Shown one piece after another: positions 29,201-41,212 of a DNA stretch of 64,000 nucleotides. A model generated the notes under the pieces. The model made no database searches and was not told the origin of the DNA. It was given only the letters and a program-made list of their open reading frames with translations. The translations under genes and the position numbers were made by a program. The stretch's first letter is position 1; each line of letters opens with the position of its first letter. Source of the DNA: Nageia nagi (Eukaryota > Plantae > Pinophyta); NCBI GenBank assembly GCA_050084985.1, contig JBITNC010000001.1, positions 71,300,001 through 71,364,000 of the forward strand. Reading direction: 5' to 3'.

Positions 29201-31471
29201 GGCTTAACCAGCAAGTGTCATGGGAAATATTTGTAGCATTAAAGCATCATCATTGGCAATTAAATAACTAGAATACTTAAATTTTCTTAAATGTTCTTTA
29301 GGATATTCTTTTCCTTTAAAAGGTTCAATTTTAGGGATTTCAAACTTATAAGGTATATCTTTTTTTGAAACACTTGGAAGTATTGGTTTACTACAGATTA
29401 TCTCATATAAAAGCTTGTCCTTTTCTATTTAAGCAATACTTCTTCTATCTCTTTTAACCATTTTGTTACCTCATTATCTTCTTTACCCATTTTTGCTTGA
29501 ATTTTGACTAAAATAATTTTAGGATCATTTTCTTCTTGATATCCTTGGAAGGCTTCTGGTAGTAATCCAGAATAACCTTGATTATAAGGAACAACTTCTT
29601 GTTATGGTTTTTGATAAGTTACCATTTGTGTTTGAGGAACTTATTGTGAAGTTCCCATTACTTGTAATAGTTGTGTTACTTGATAAGTTTATTGTACATA
29701 CTATGGTTATTGTTGTTGGATAATAGGTTGATATTCTATCTTTTGACCCTGAGGTGGCATTTGTGTGATAAGTTGATAATTTGGTAATTTACCTTACACT
29801 TGGGGATAAGATATAGCTTGTTGATTTGGTTGTTGAGTATATGATTGTTGTTGAAATTCCAGAACCACTTGTTGATTTTGAGATGGTTGAATGACTTGTG
29901 AATTTAGTTACTAAATAGGTAAATACCTATTTTGAAATATAGGAGGTTGTAACTGAACTTGTGATTGTTTATATGAAGTTTGATATTGATGTAGCATTGT
30001 TTGAATCTGCTTTTGTTGAGGCATTTGTTGTAAAGGAATTGTTTGAGGAATAGATTATTCTTTTTGTACATAAGACATGAAATTTTGTAGTTGATTTTGT
30101 TTATCACTTAAATCCAATCCTTGTGTTGATTTGTAATAGGGATTTACTTGTATGTTTTATGCTTGTGATGTTAAGGTTTGTGCTTTTGGATTTTGTAGTA
30201 CTAGTATTGTATTTTGAATTGGCTGACTTGATGTATGAATAATTCTAGCTTGTTCTTGATACATTGGTTGTTTTTCTTTTTGTTGCACCTGCACCACATG
30301 AACTTGTGTTTGCACTTGTGATCTTATAGGAGTTTGACTTTGTTGAAGCATATCCAATATATATCCATATCTAGGTGTTTTAGGATTTTGATTTTCTTGT
30401 GGCATACCTAAATTATATTGTACCTGTGATGGCATTTGGAATTGTTGGATCATACCTAATGTACTTTGAATTTGAGATGGAAATTGTTATTGAATATCAA
30501 AATCTTGTAATACAACTTAAGGATCTCTTATCTGTTGAAAAGGTATTGGATATTGTTGAGTAAACTTAATTAACTCTTGTTCCTTTTTTGCTTCTAAAGC
30601 TCGATCATATTTGATCATATTCTTGTAAATTTTGTTGAAACTCTTCTTCTGTAAGTTTTAGTAATGCTTTTTCCTTTGTATGCATATATGAAGGAATTGG
30701 TTGTAACATTTTTCATTTATTACTAGATTTTGGTAACTTTGATAATTTTTTAAATGGCACAATTTGCAAATTTGAGTGCATTATTGATGTAACAAGATTC
30801 TTATAAGGCTTTTGTTCAGGTTGCAAAAGCTAATAAGGATTATAAAATGAAGTAAATCCTTCTAAATTTTGTGACACATGACTAGCTATATGTATAGACA
30901 CCTTATCATACATGTCTTGCATCTCTCTTGAAATTTTTGATGGTGTATAATTTGATCATCTAGCATAGGAAAGAATAAATGAACCATCTGGTAAATATTT
31001 CTTAACTTTTACATACTTTGGTTTAAACACTCCCTTTTGCAATACAGGGTCAGTTGTATGTGTACTCGATGGGAGTTTTAATTCATTTGGAATTTGTACA
31101 GACGATTCTAAAGGTAATTCATCTAAATCATAATGAGTACCACATGGAGAAAGACTATGAACATGAGGAGAAGCTTAAGGTATACGTAATTGAGTTAATT
31201 TTCTCCTAGCTTCTATCAATGTAAGATCATGCTTCGTATATGTTTCTTGTGTTGTATTAAGTCTTTCAATATTTTCTTTTTCAAAAGATTCTTGAATTGG
31301 ATTAGTTTCAAAATCTTTTGGATACACTTCTTGAAGCAATGGTGCAATATTTGATTCATGATGTGGAACTTGTTGTAGCGAATATAAACTAGTTCTATTT
31401 ATTTCTTCTAAATTAATGAAACTTGGAACTTCTTTACCTTGTTGATCTGTTTGTGAATGAGTTTGGACCAT
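23205..31471 (-). mobile_element. Ty3/gypsy Tat/Ogre-type gag-pol, decayed (gag, protease, RT, RNase H, additional RNase H, integrase)
   Basis: Gag start MVQTHSQ (31471), Q/P-rich stretch, FCNYHQQKGHDTNQC (about 28.5 kb), protease LIDKGS and YNILLGRPW, RT MPFGLKNAGATYQRAM and YIDDLL (25.7-25.9 kb), extra RNase H FDGS...CTNNNAKYEALI (24.8-25.0 kb), integrase PYYPQGNGQVEATNK and KFTPNWLGPY (23.2-24.2 kb). Confidence 0.93.
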
Positions 31472-31552
31472 ATTTCAAAAAACATACAATGCAACTAAGC
31501 TATATTTTTTAACTTTTGTGATTTTGTGTACGAGAAAGTAATTATGCAAAAA

Positions 31553-33238
31553 TGTTGGAAACTTAATCCTTAGGGATTAAGGTAATTTGTGATCATTAAT
31601 AGTTTTAGGTGTGTGAGTATGCATGTATTTATAGGAGATCAAATTAATACAATATTTGGCTTTTGGAGTTTCTCCTTCAAGTGGTATCAGAGCCTCGTTG
31701 GAGAAGATCTGGAGAACTCCATTGCCCATCCTCCAAGATGAGGGTTTGAAGTTTTTTTTGTTGGTTCATAGTTTCAGCTGTGGTTATGAAGATTTGAATC
31801 TATTATGGGGATTTGAATCTGTTGAAGAGAGGCAGAGGACTGCCCTAGAGATGTGAATGATGGCTAGAGGAGCCATGAGAGAAGATCATGCAGAGAAAGG
31901 GATGTTGGAGTGCATCTCCTTGCATGGATCATGAGAAGAGCCTGTGTGAAGAAAGGGGTGTGTCTTGGATAGCACCTCCCCACATGGAGCCTGAGGAAGA
32001 GAAGAGAGTGCCTCATAGACGAGGCATCGCACAGCTAAAAATCATTGTAAGGGATATGAACCATTTATTTAGACCCACATAAGAATGAGCCACAAGAAGC
32101 TCAGTGTGACGCCATGGAGGGTCTTGGAAGAGGCAGAGTTTTTGGAATCTATCTGGAGTTTCCAACGTGGCTAGTGTGCTAAGGAGGAAGGAGCAAGAGG
32201 CATCTGACCATCAGCCAGCCACGGTGCAGAGCGAAGGAGCACTCAGGGGTCTTTCCGACGGGGCCTTAGCGGAGCTATTGAAGACATAGCATTGGATGAG
32301 GCTTTGGATGTCGTAAAGGCCACCTTGGATGTATTCAGGCAAAACATGCGTAGCAGACTACAACAGATGGAAGTACAGCATGCGGAGGAGCAGCTGGCCC
32401 AGGTCGTAGTCAGGGAGGATGCATGCTTGCATGATGAAGATGCATTGGAAGCTCGATAGGATGCCTTGAGCTCGCGCAGGAATGAAGGATCGTCAGTGGT
32501 AGCTGAGTCTAGCTCGAAACGGGATGCAAGTCCTAGTACACAGTTGAAGATTAAAGAGCCCAAACTGTGCGATAGAGATTGGTCAGATGATGCATTAGTA
32601 GCTCAGCAGGAGGCTTTGAGCTTGAGCAAGGATGAAGATGCACTGGTAGCTCAGTAGGGTGCTTGGAGCTTGCACGGGGATGAGAAACCATCTACCGAAG
32701 GGGGCACAAAATCGAGTGAGGGTCTAAGCTGGATGTAAGAGATCTGTGTACCCCAACCCTACGACGGAGATGGACTGCAGATAGAGATAGTTGGATTGGG
32801 AAGAGAGAGTACTTGCAGCAGTCTGCTGAATGGTGGCAGTTTGATGCCCAATGTGAGAGCAGACAAGAGACAGGGCCAGTGACTCAAGTGCAATCATCAG
32901 AGATGAGCGTTGATGTGGTAGTTGGGAATCGACCTGACATCGTAATGCTGTTGTTGGGCTCAGCATAACTGATGAGTGCCAGACGAGCACCAGATACGAG
33001 CTCCAGAAACAAGCTCCAAAAATGAGCTCTAGAAAAGGCATCTACTACACACCTTGAGGCATCTTTGTATTCTCATTCATTTCTTAATCCCTTGTGAATT
33101 AAAGGAGGGAATGTTGGAAACTTAATCCTTAGGGATTAAGGTAATTTGTGATCATTAATAGTTTTAGGTGTGTGAGTATGCATGTATTTATAGGAGATCA
33201 AATTAATACAATATTTGGCTTTTGGAGTTTCTCCTTCA
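31553..33238 (+). mobile_element. Young non-autonomous mini-LTR retrotransposon (TRIM-like), 1686 bp
   Basis: Identical 127-bp LTRs TG...CA at 31553-31679 and 33112-33238. PBS tggtatcagagc at 31682-31693. PPT aaaggagggaa at 33101-33111. 5-bp TSD AAAAA. No RT or integrase motifs inside. Confidence 0.96.
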
Positions 33239-36200
33239 AAAAACATCCTACATGCATGCATATACTTGTTGATATGTTTATCTTATCTTAAACTAGTAAT
33301 TGTAACAAAAAATCTTTTTTTTTTTAGATTCTTTTTAATGTAATTTAGTTTTTCCTAAATTTGTTGTTCTAGTCAAGTATTTTAATAGGGTAAGCTGGTA
33401 TTACTAAAGGATTTCTAAAGCGAAGTCACAGCTTGGTACCTAAGAGATATACTTATACTTAACAAATTAAAATAAAATAAAATATAAAAGTTTCATGAAA
33501 TGCAACTTAACAAATAAAATATACTTATGCAAACTATTCCTCCCAAGCATTCATGTCTATTTTTATCTTTATTTTAATGTGATATAAATAGAATTTTAAT
33601 TAAATGTGATATAATTAAATGTTGTTCTTTTTAGTTATTATGTTAAGTGAGATTCATTAACCAAATTTAAATGAGATTCATTAACTCCTTCCATCTGTGG
33701 AAGTATTATGTGTGGTAAATTACCTCTTCGTACTAGTCACATTCAACTTTCAACCTCCATTGGAGTGGTAAGGGCAGACTTAGTAAGAATCCATTATGTG
33801 TAAATAAATTAATTAAAATGAGATTCAATTAACCCTCTAAGAGTCACATATCCCTTCGAACTCCATTGGAGTGGTAAAGGCAGACATCTTCAAGAGTGTT
33901 AATGTGAGGTTCATTGCAAAACAAAGTGAATTCATTTCCTCTTTTATTCTTTTCTCAACTTGCTTAGGATCACTAATAGTGCAAGAGCAAAGGCCTACTC
34001 AACAAATGAAAGTTTTAAATGTGAAAAAAATCCAAACAATTAATGCACTATTTAATGATTTTTAGGCTTTATTATTCTTGAGATAATGAATTTTATGTAA
34101 TGTGGGTTCTTCTCTTAATAACTTTGTGTTCACCATTCTAGATAAGTTACATATTATATACTCTATATAGCCTATGAAAAATAATTTTTAAAATATGTAT
34201 AGAAATAATCACCTTTAGTTTTTATAGTATTGGAGATCATACAATATGTAGCTTGGTTAGCATGGAATGGCAAATAGCATTTAATCTTTCTTTATGCTTC
34301 TTTATCATTGTTGGTGGGTAGACAAGTTGTAGGTTTTATGGTCTTCAAAAATAGTGAATGCAAATAACACTTAAGTGCTCCTTGTATAACACTTAATAAT
34401 ATTGAAGTATTTATGGAGCACGGGTTAGATAATCTTTGTGGGGTAACTATTATAAACCAACATATTTGTGCTCATGCATAAAAAGAGAGGCCAAAAGGTA
34501 TAATAAATTAGTAAACCAATGAGAGTGTAATTGCCACCAAATTCAAAGTGGTATTACTTCATTGATTAGTTAAAAAATACTTGAGAAAAAAATTCCATAT
34601 ATTAGCTATTGAAATTTTCTCAAGCACATAGGGAAGTATTATATGAGGTTTTCAAGAAATAAATAACATTAACAAATTTAAATACAACTTTTCCACTATT
34701 ATAGATGGTTTGAAAATCATAGTATATAGAACATATTTGGTCTATTAGAGTTACCTAGTGAAGACATCATAAATAAAACTCTAAATTTATACGTTTAGGT
34801 GTATGTCTTTGGAAAGAAGTGAAAATAGTGCTAGTACATATAAGATCATTTCCTAACATTTGTTCCACTACTTTGCTTCAACATTCCAAAGAAAAAAATT
34901 GCATCCAATTAATATATCAATCATGATTATTAGAGGGTCTAACAAAAAGAAAAGAAAATTATGGGAGTCATTTTTATTCCAACAAGATTAGATCCCAAAT
35001 TTCTAAATTCTCAACTCTACATCATAAAAGGATTTCTTTCTTACAATCTCTTATTGGGTAGACATTAACTCCATTCTATAGAAAGTATGCCCTCTACCTT
35101 GCATAGATGTATCTTGTTTGGGCAAAAGGCATCATCTATAAGCATGCAACAAATGAGGAACCTTATAAATATTGTCATGTAGTCATGTTGAAACCATTAA
35201 GCTTGCATTTGGTTTCTTATAATAAAATCCCAATTTATGAATCACAAACTCCATTTAAAAAAGGAATTAAGCAACTAGAATATAATTATATGGTAGAAAA
35301 TATAATAAAAGAGAGAAAATTAGGTGATATCCATCCAAAATTATATTAAATTGGCCATTTTCAATTTCCAAAATCAATTCAAAGTTTCAGCAAACCCAAA
35401 AACCAATCACAACCAAAACACCGATGTTATTAACTATCTAAAATAGAACACTTACATTCTCGGTTCTCTAACCTAAAATGCCCATATTTTAAGGCCTTTG
35501 ATATTTTGGACTTGACATAATAAAAAGTAAAAAATACTAATGCAATAATAATAGTAAGCAAAATTAGCCAATTTGGTTCAAATATACAAATTTAGAAAAG
35601 GAATAGATTTTGATAAAGAAAAATATCAATTCATAGAAAAATCAAACACTTTTAGTAGAAGATAAAAATAACTTGATGGTATCAGTAACAATTAGAATAT
35701 GAATTTGTTCGACATTAGTTAGACAAATTTTATAATTACAAAGATATAGAGGGAAAAAACGAGCAAGAAATTACAATATTTCCAGAGCAACAACCTAAGC
35801 TATTTCGGACAACAAGTTTGGGATACATTCTACACCACTCAAAAGAGTCTCTTAATAAACCATTAAAGGCAAATGATAACAAATGCACATAGCATGACAT
35901 TTTTGGAACTATAGACAAAGCATAATTTTCTCGCAACTTACTCTTAGCATTTCTCAAGACTATTAATGTTTTGCCTTTTATCTTTAATCCTTCTCCATAT
36001 CTCTTTGAAAATTATGATGTTATCCTTAAATTTTTAGAAGCTATACGTGAGTTAACTTCCTTCCACCCAAAAAAAAAAAATAGTTTATATATGTTTATGC
36101 ATATTTTGGTGAAAATTACTAACAATGATGACAACTTCAATATGGATAACCATGAGAAATATAATGATATTACATATTTGGGTTTATCTCCTACCCCTCT

Positions 36201-36289
36201 TCATTTCAATGATATTTCTACTTTACTCAATAGTTATTGTGGATGTTATAAAATTTGCAATTAAAAATCCTATGCCAATCAAAATTAGT

Positions 36290-36535
36290 TATTAAAAGAA
36301 GAATAAAAACAATATAGAACATTGTTTATAGAACTTGCTAATATTTCTGCATCGTCTTATCTTGATATGTCTAACTTTGATACTAGTTTTGTTATACATA
36401 GCTATGTTGTTCATGAAGATGTCAAACCAATTAAACAAAAACTTAGAAAGATTCATGATAAAGTTGCATTACTAGTAAAGAAAGAAATCAAAAAATATAT
36501 AAATCCAAATTTCATTATAGCAATTGATTATCTCA
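36290..36535 (+). mobile_element. Ty3/gypsy RT N-terminal fragment
   Basis: SYLDMSNFDTSFVIH...DVKPIKQKLRKIHDKVALLVKKEIKKY...FIIAIDY in ORF 36322-36618. Confidence 0.75.
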
Positions 36536-37550
36536 TGTTTTCTCTCTTTGTATCATATTATCTTTTTCCTAGAATGTTTATGCTTTGGGACACTCATCTC
36601 AAAATGCAAATGCTCTAGGAGACTAGGATAATCAATTCTGGAATGCTAACAATTTAGGACTATGCTTCCCAAAACATCAACATTTTAGACCAACAAATAT
36701 GTTTTATATTATTTATGATATTTTCTCCAAATCAAGGGAGGATTGATTCTCCTGTCGGAGTACATTAGCATGTACTTGCCTTTTGGGTTGAGTTCATTCC
36801 TCAGATAATTTCAATTTTGTTCTCACCAAGGATAAAGATAGATCACCATCTTGCTCGAGATTTGCAACTTTGTTTTTTGTGTTTACTAGACACTAAGTTT
36901 GAAGACCACTTCATCTTCCAATGCCCAATCCACTATGAAATTTAAGGTTGTTATCATTGTCTCTTTTGATTCACATATGGTTCATTATCCACTTTCTTCT
37001 AGTATCCTGATCAACGATGCCTAGCTCTTTACATTATAGAGACATTCCTTATGCAAAAGCACCTTCTATCCCACACACAACATCCAACATAGACCCATCG
37101 TAGTACATCTTTCTTTTGGGCCTCCTCTTCTCTTTTGAGGATATCTATGAAAGACAACAAGATGACCACCCTCCTACTACACATCATCTAGGAGATATCT
37201 TCAAAATACGTAGGTGTCACTAAGGACTCGACAAATCGTATCCTTCTCCTACAACAAGACCTTGGAGACAACACACAATGATCAATGAGCTCTAGCCCCA
37301 AGGTGGAGAGCACTCGCATGCTCTCCTTAGATGAGGCTCGAAGATTATTTGTACTATGTGCACTATGTTATATTTATCACACCCTTTAGGTTTGATTCCC
37401 TCTATGCATAGTCTTTTTTCCTTTATGCTATTTGTTCTCTAGAATTAGGGCAAGCCCTTTAGGGGCTTTGTTGGCTACTACACTATTTTTGTACACTCTT
37501 GTCCCATTGATTGCTTTAGGTCACCTATGGACAATAATAAATTTCCTTTC
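36536..37550 (+). mobile_element. 5'-truncated LINE 3' end (ORF2 C-terminal Cys/His region plus 3' UTR)
   Basis: LQLCFLCLLDTKFEDHFIFQCPIHYEI at about 36860-36945. Ends in aataataaa followed by a short (tttc)n tail. Confidence 0.7.
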
Positions 37551-38429
37551 TTTCATTTTTCTTGAAAAAATAGGAAAAAAAGACCAAATGCAATGACTAC
37601 AAGAGGCAATAGGTAAACACTTAAATTTGTATTTTGATTATTTTAGATGTATCTATTCATATTATATTTAATTTATGAAAAAAGTTATTTATTGACCCAC
37701 TTGAGATTATTTTTAAATATATTAAATGATTTCCTTTAATTTAACATTATATTTATATATATTGTTCTAAGTGTTATACCTTGTTGAATTCAAAATTATA
37801 TTTGTAAATTCTTTATAAACACTCTTGAGTTCTCATTACAAAGATAGAGATAGAGGAAGAATCGTAAGCATTCATTATCATTGCAATAATATCATCAAGA
37901 TTATCTAACCAATTGAAGGAGCAAAGCATAGGTCAAATAACCATGCAAACCATATGCCACACGTTCCAACTCCTAGACCCAGGACACTTGGTATTCTAGC
38001 ACCAGGGCCAAAAATGGTCAACAATCTTACATTGTGGGTTCAAAACATGCACGATTGCTTAAAACTTGTACATGTATCAATTACAACATAATCTCCAACA
38101 TAATCATCTTTAGAATTACCATTTTCATAATCATCATAAAGATTGTATGTAGCTATGATTCACTCTCCTCGAACACAAACTATTCATCAACAAGTTTTTT
38201 GTCTCCATCATCCACATAATTTCTTTGTATCTCCTCTTGTCAATTTGCAAAATTTTAATTGATAGATCTTTACAAGGCAATTTAGATATTAATTTATTTT
38301 CTATAATAAACATAAATAAATGTATTTATTTTAATATATTAGTCTTTATTTTATGTCTGCAACTAACTTTCTCCTTTGGTATATTGGTATTTTCATAGAC
38401 CAACTTCCTCCTTTTGCCTCTTACCATAA

Positions 38430-38710
38430 AACATTCATCAATAGAATATTTATCTAAGTCACATGGATCTCTCCACCCAAGCCTCAGCCCCGAAATAGCC
38501 GTTTATGTTATTAGTTTCCAATAGGTTAAAAACGCAATCATCATTATCCTAACTCTATTCATGGTCCTCTGAGTTTGTTTCCATCAATTGTGAGTTAAAA
38601 TAGACCATTACATTACTAAAAACTATCAAGATATGTCGCCTATGATCCCTTGAAAAGGTCATGTCTAAAGAATACTTCACCTTTGAATGCCCCATATATC
38701 ATGAAATTCA
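38430..38710 (+). mobile_element. Short LINE ORF2 C-terminal fragment
   Basis: ...FHQL*VKIDHYI...KICRL*SLEKVMSKEYFTFECP.YHEI, the same motif family as the 36.9-kb fragment. Confidence 0.55.
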
Positions 38711-40543
38711 TTACAAACCCAGGCTGGGGACAACATATCAATGAGACCCTATTTTCCTGCAGCACAGCTTCTCAAGCTTCTATGTGCAAATGGGGAGAGA
38801 AATCCATTGTTGTTTGACATTAAGGGCTGATCCCCCCTTCCCATCCTCAAATCAAGCATCATATTAATCCACACAATACCAAATGTTATCTCCCCTTTAT
38901 AGGTATTTTGACCATGGATGGCAAGATGAGTTTTTGACATTGTATTCTTCCTTCTCCGAAGTCTAGGATTTGTTGAAGGTTCTACGAAGATTACAAGGGC
39001 ATCTTGAAAAGTTAACTACCTACTTAGAGAGTAATCATTTAATGATAAAGTTTAAAAAAAAAAAACTGCTTCCAAAAAATATCAAAGATCAACCGGATAA
39101 GGTACAAGAGGGAATCAACATATAAATCTCTGTAGTTATATTGGTTGTTGGATTGATTACAGGTAAAATCTGTAAAAGAAATGTAGCCATGATTCTAGTA
39201 AAGCACTTTCCAACACAATCGAAGTAGCATCTTCTATACTGTCACTGAGTAATGCGTTTGACTTTAAGCAAGGGGCTTCCGCGGTTGGCAAATTCATATT
39301 GAAAGATTTTCAAATGTTTGAAAATCATCACTAAAGTATTGTACATCCTCACCAAGCAAGCTAAAGCTGACGGTTCCAAAACAAAAGGCTAACCTTAATG
39401 ATTTCCAACTCATGATATTTTCGTTAAGACTTAGCATTTTCACAACATATTCACACATAATCTGAATTGTGTAAACAATTTCAATATTGATACTAAGTGG
39501 AACTTAAGCAATTCCCCGCTGAAATATCTTAGTATCATTCAAACACACTTTAAGCAACGTCATATTATTCAATCTGATTAGAATCTTAGCATCATGTATT
39601 TCATTGGGCAATTGGCCAAAATGGTTTGTCTTCTATCTCTGCATAAAATATCACGAATACCATTCACATGCACTTTAATACTAAGATGCTCCGGAAAACA
39701 GAGATGCTGGAAACAAACACAATGGACCCCATCAAAAACTTATAATGTTGCTGATGTGACCCCAAGAAGGTAATTAGTGTATTAAGAAGTTTGTACTCCT
39801 AAACCATCATCTTTAAGCAACCAAAGCTACAATGTCAACACTAACTGCAAATTCCAATATCCAACATATCAAGCAGGGATAATTGATTAAAGCTGAAAGC
39901 CTATTCTGATAGTTGCAATAGTTGAAAAAAAAAGAGAATGATGGTTCTGTTTTGATGCATAGGTCTTCATAGTGCCATGGGTGCCATTTGATGTCCATTT
40001 TTGTTAAAAATAAACGGGTTCATCACTGAAACTCATTATAATTTTTTAAAATTTCCTTACATCACTTGCATTAGCATTTACAGTTGGCTAATTTCTTCGA
40101 TGTTATATATGGTTTTTTATGAACTTGCACTGGATTTTAGAAGATAAACATTTTGGATCCAATCTATGGGCCCATCATCAGAATTGTACAATGAAAATAA
40201 TAGTGTCCTTTGACATCAAGAATAGATCCCATAACCCAAAATTAGGGTCAGCATATTAACCTAATGATCATGACATAGATTTCCATATTTCTTTGTTTAC
40301 AGATTAAGTCTATGATAGGAAGCCAACCCTACTAATTTACAGACATTGATTTCCATTATTTCAGATTGAGTTTTATTTCAAGTGCCTCTCTAATCTTCAT
40401 TTGTGAAAATTATCACGCCCAGCCAACATTTCAAGATGTTCAATGCCCATGTGATGTTTTGTTTTCTTTATATGTTCAGTAATGGCAGACTTAATGATAA
40501 AGTTATATTGTAGATCAGAATTAGGTTCCATCTATCTGGTTTG

Positions 40544-40812
40544 GAAGAATCTGTCGGTTTCCCCAGTGTAGCATATACCAATTCCCCTAATATAGCATAT
40601 GCCACACTCAAATGCGATCTTGTATGCCCCTTTCTGTTATAACGGATCGTATGATCTTTTAACTGAAATTGTTTTCGAAGGATCTGCCAGATTCCCCAAT
40701 GTAGCATACACTGATTCCTCTAATATAGCATATTGCCATATAACACAAATGTGATCTTGTATTGTCCTTCATGGTATACTGGATCCATATGATTTTTTAG
40801 CTGATATTGTTG
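40544..40812. repeat. Diverged tandem duplication, period about 133 bp
   Basis: gaagaatctgtcggtttccccagtgtagcata... (40544) versus gaaggatctgccagattccccaatgtagcata... (40677), colinear over the whole unit. Confidence 0.85.
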
Positions 40813-40829
40813 TCTTGTTTACCATGACG

Positions 40830-41212
40830 AATGAAATATTTGACATTCTTTCCTCAAGACATTTGCTATTAGTTCAATCGCTTCCTTGATATAGGGAAGG
40901 TAGGTCATCCCTATGTAAGTATCATTATCCTTAGGGCGTGATTCTTTGCAACTTTTATCTCTTTCTGGTTTGCACCAGGCATTTGTTGATTCCTTCAAGA
41001 AGTAGCAATTAGCTTTTAGGAACTTAATTTCCAATCATTATCTAGTTAGATCTGGAAGTCTCTGGAAGCCTCTTTGTCCACCAAGTTAAAGATCACCTTA
41101 AGTGCCTTGTCAACTGGCATGCTTGCATAAAGAGACACCACATTGAAACTGACCATTAAATCGTCATCTTTCAGATTGAGATTCTTAATCCTATCAACAA
41201 AGTGTTCCAAGG
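40830..41212 (-). mobile_element. Penelope-like retroelement (Dryad-type) fragment with an internal deletion
   Basis: HFVDRIKNLNLKDDDLMVSFNVVSLYASMPVDKALKVI (PLE RT motif SFDVxSLFTxxPxxxA) is joined to FLKANCY...YLPYIKEAIELIANVLRK (PLE linker before the GIY-YIG domain). Confidence 0.88.

Noticed and set aside
29500-30500. Gln/Pro-rich repetitive ORFs resembling seed storage proteins
   Set aside because: They lie within the Tat gag region, between the gag start and the capsid-like domain.
32960-33015. ctgatgag inside the mini-LTR element, suggesting a hammerhead ribozyme (retrozyme)
   Set aside because: The stem gtgc...gcac is not followed by GAAA, no stems I/III were found, and the motif is not in the LTR.
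38749-38940. 63-aa minus-strand ORF as a separate gene
   Set aside because: No homology recognised. At most part of a non-coding terminal exon.
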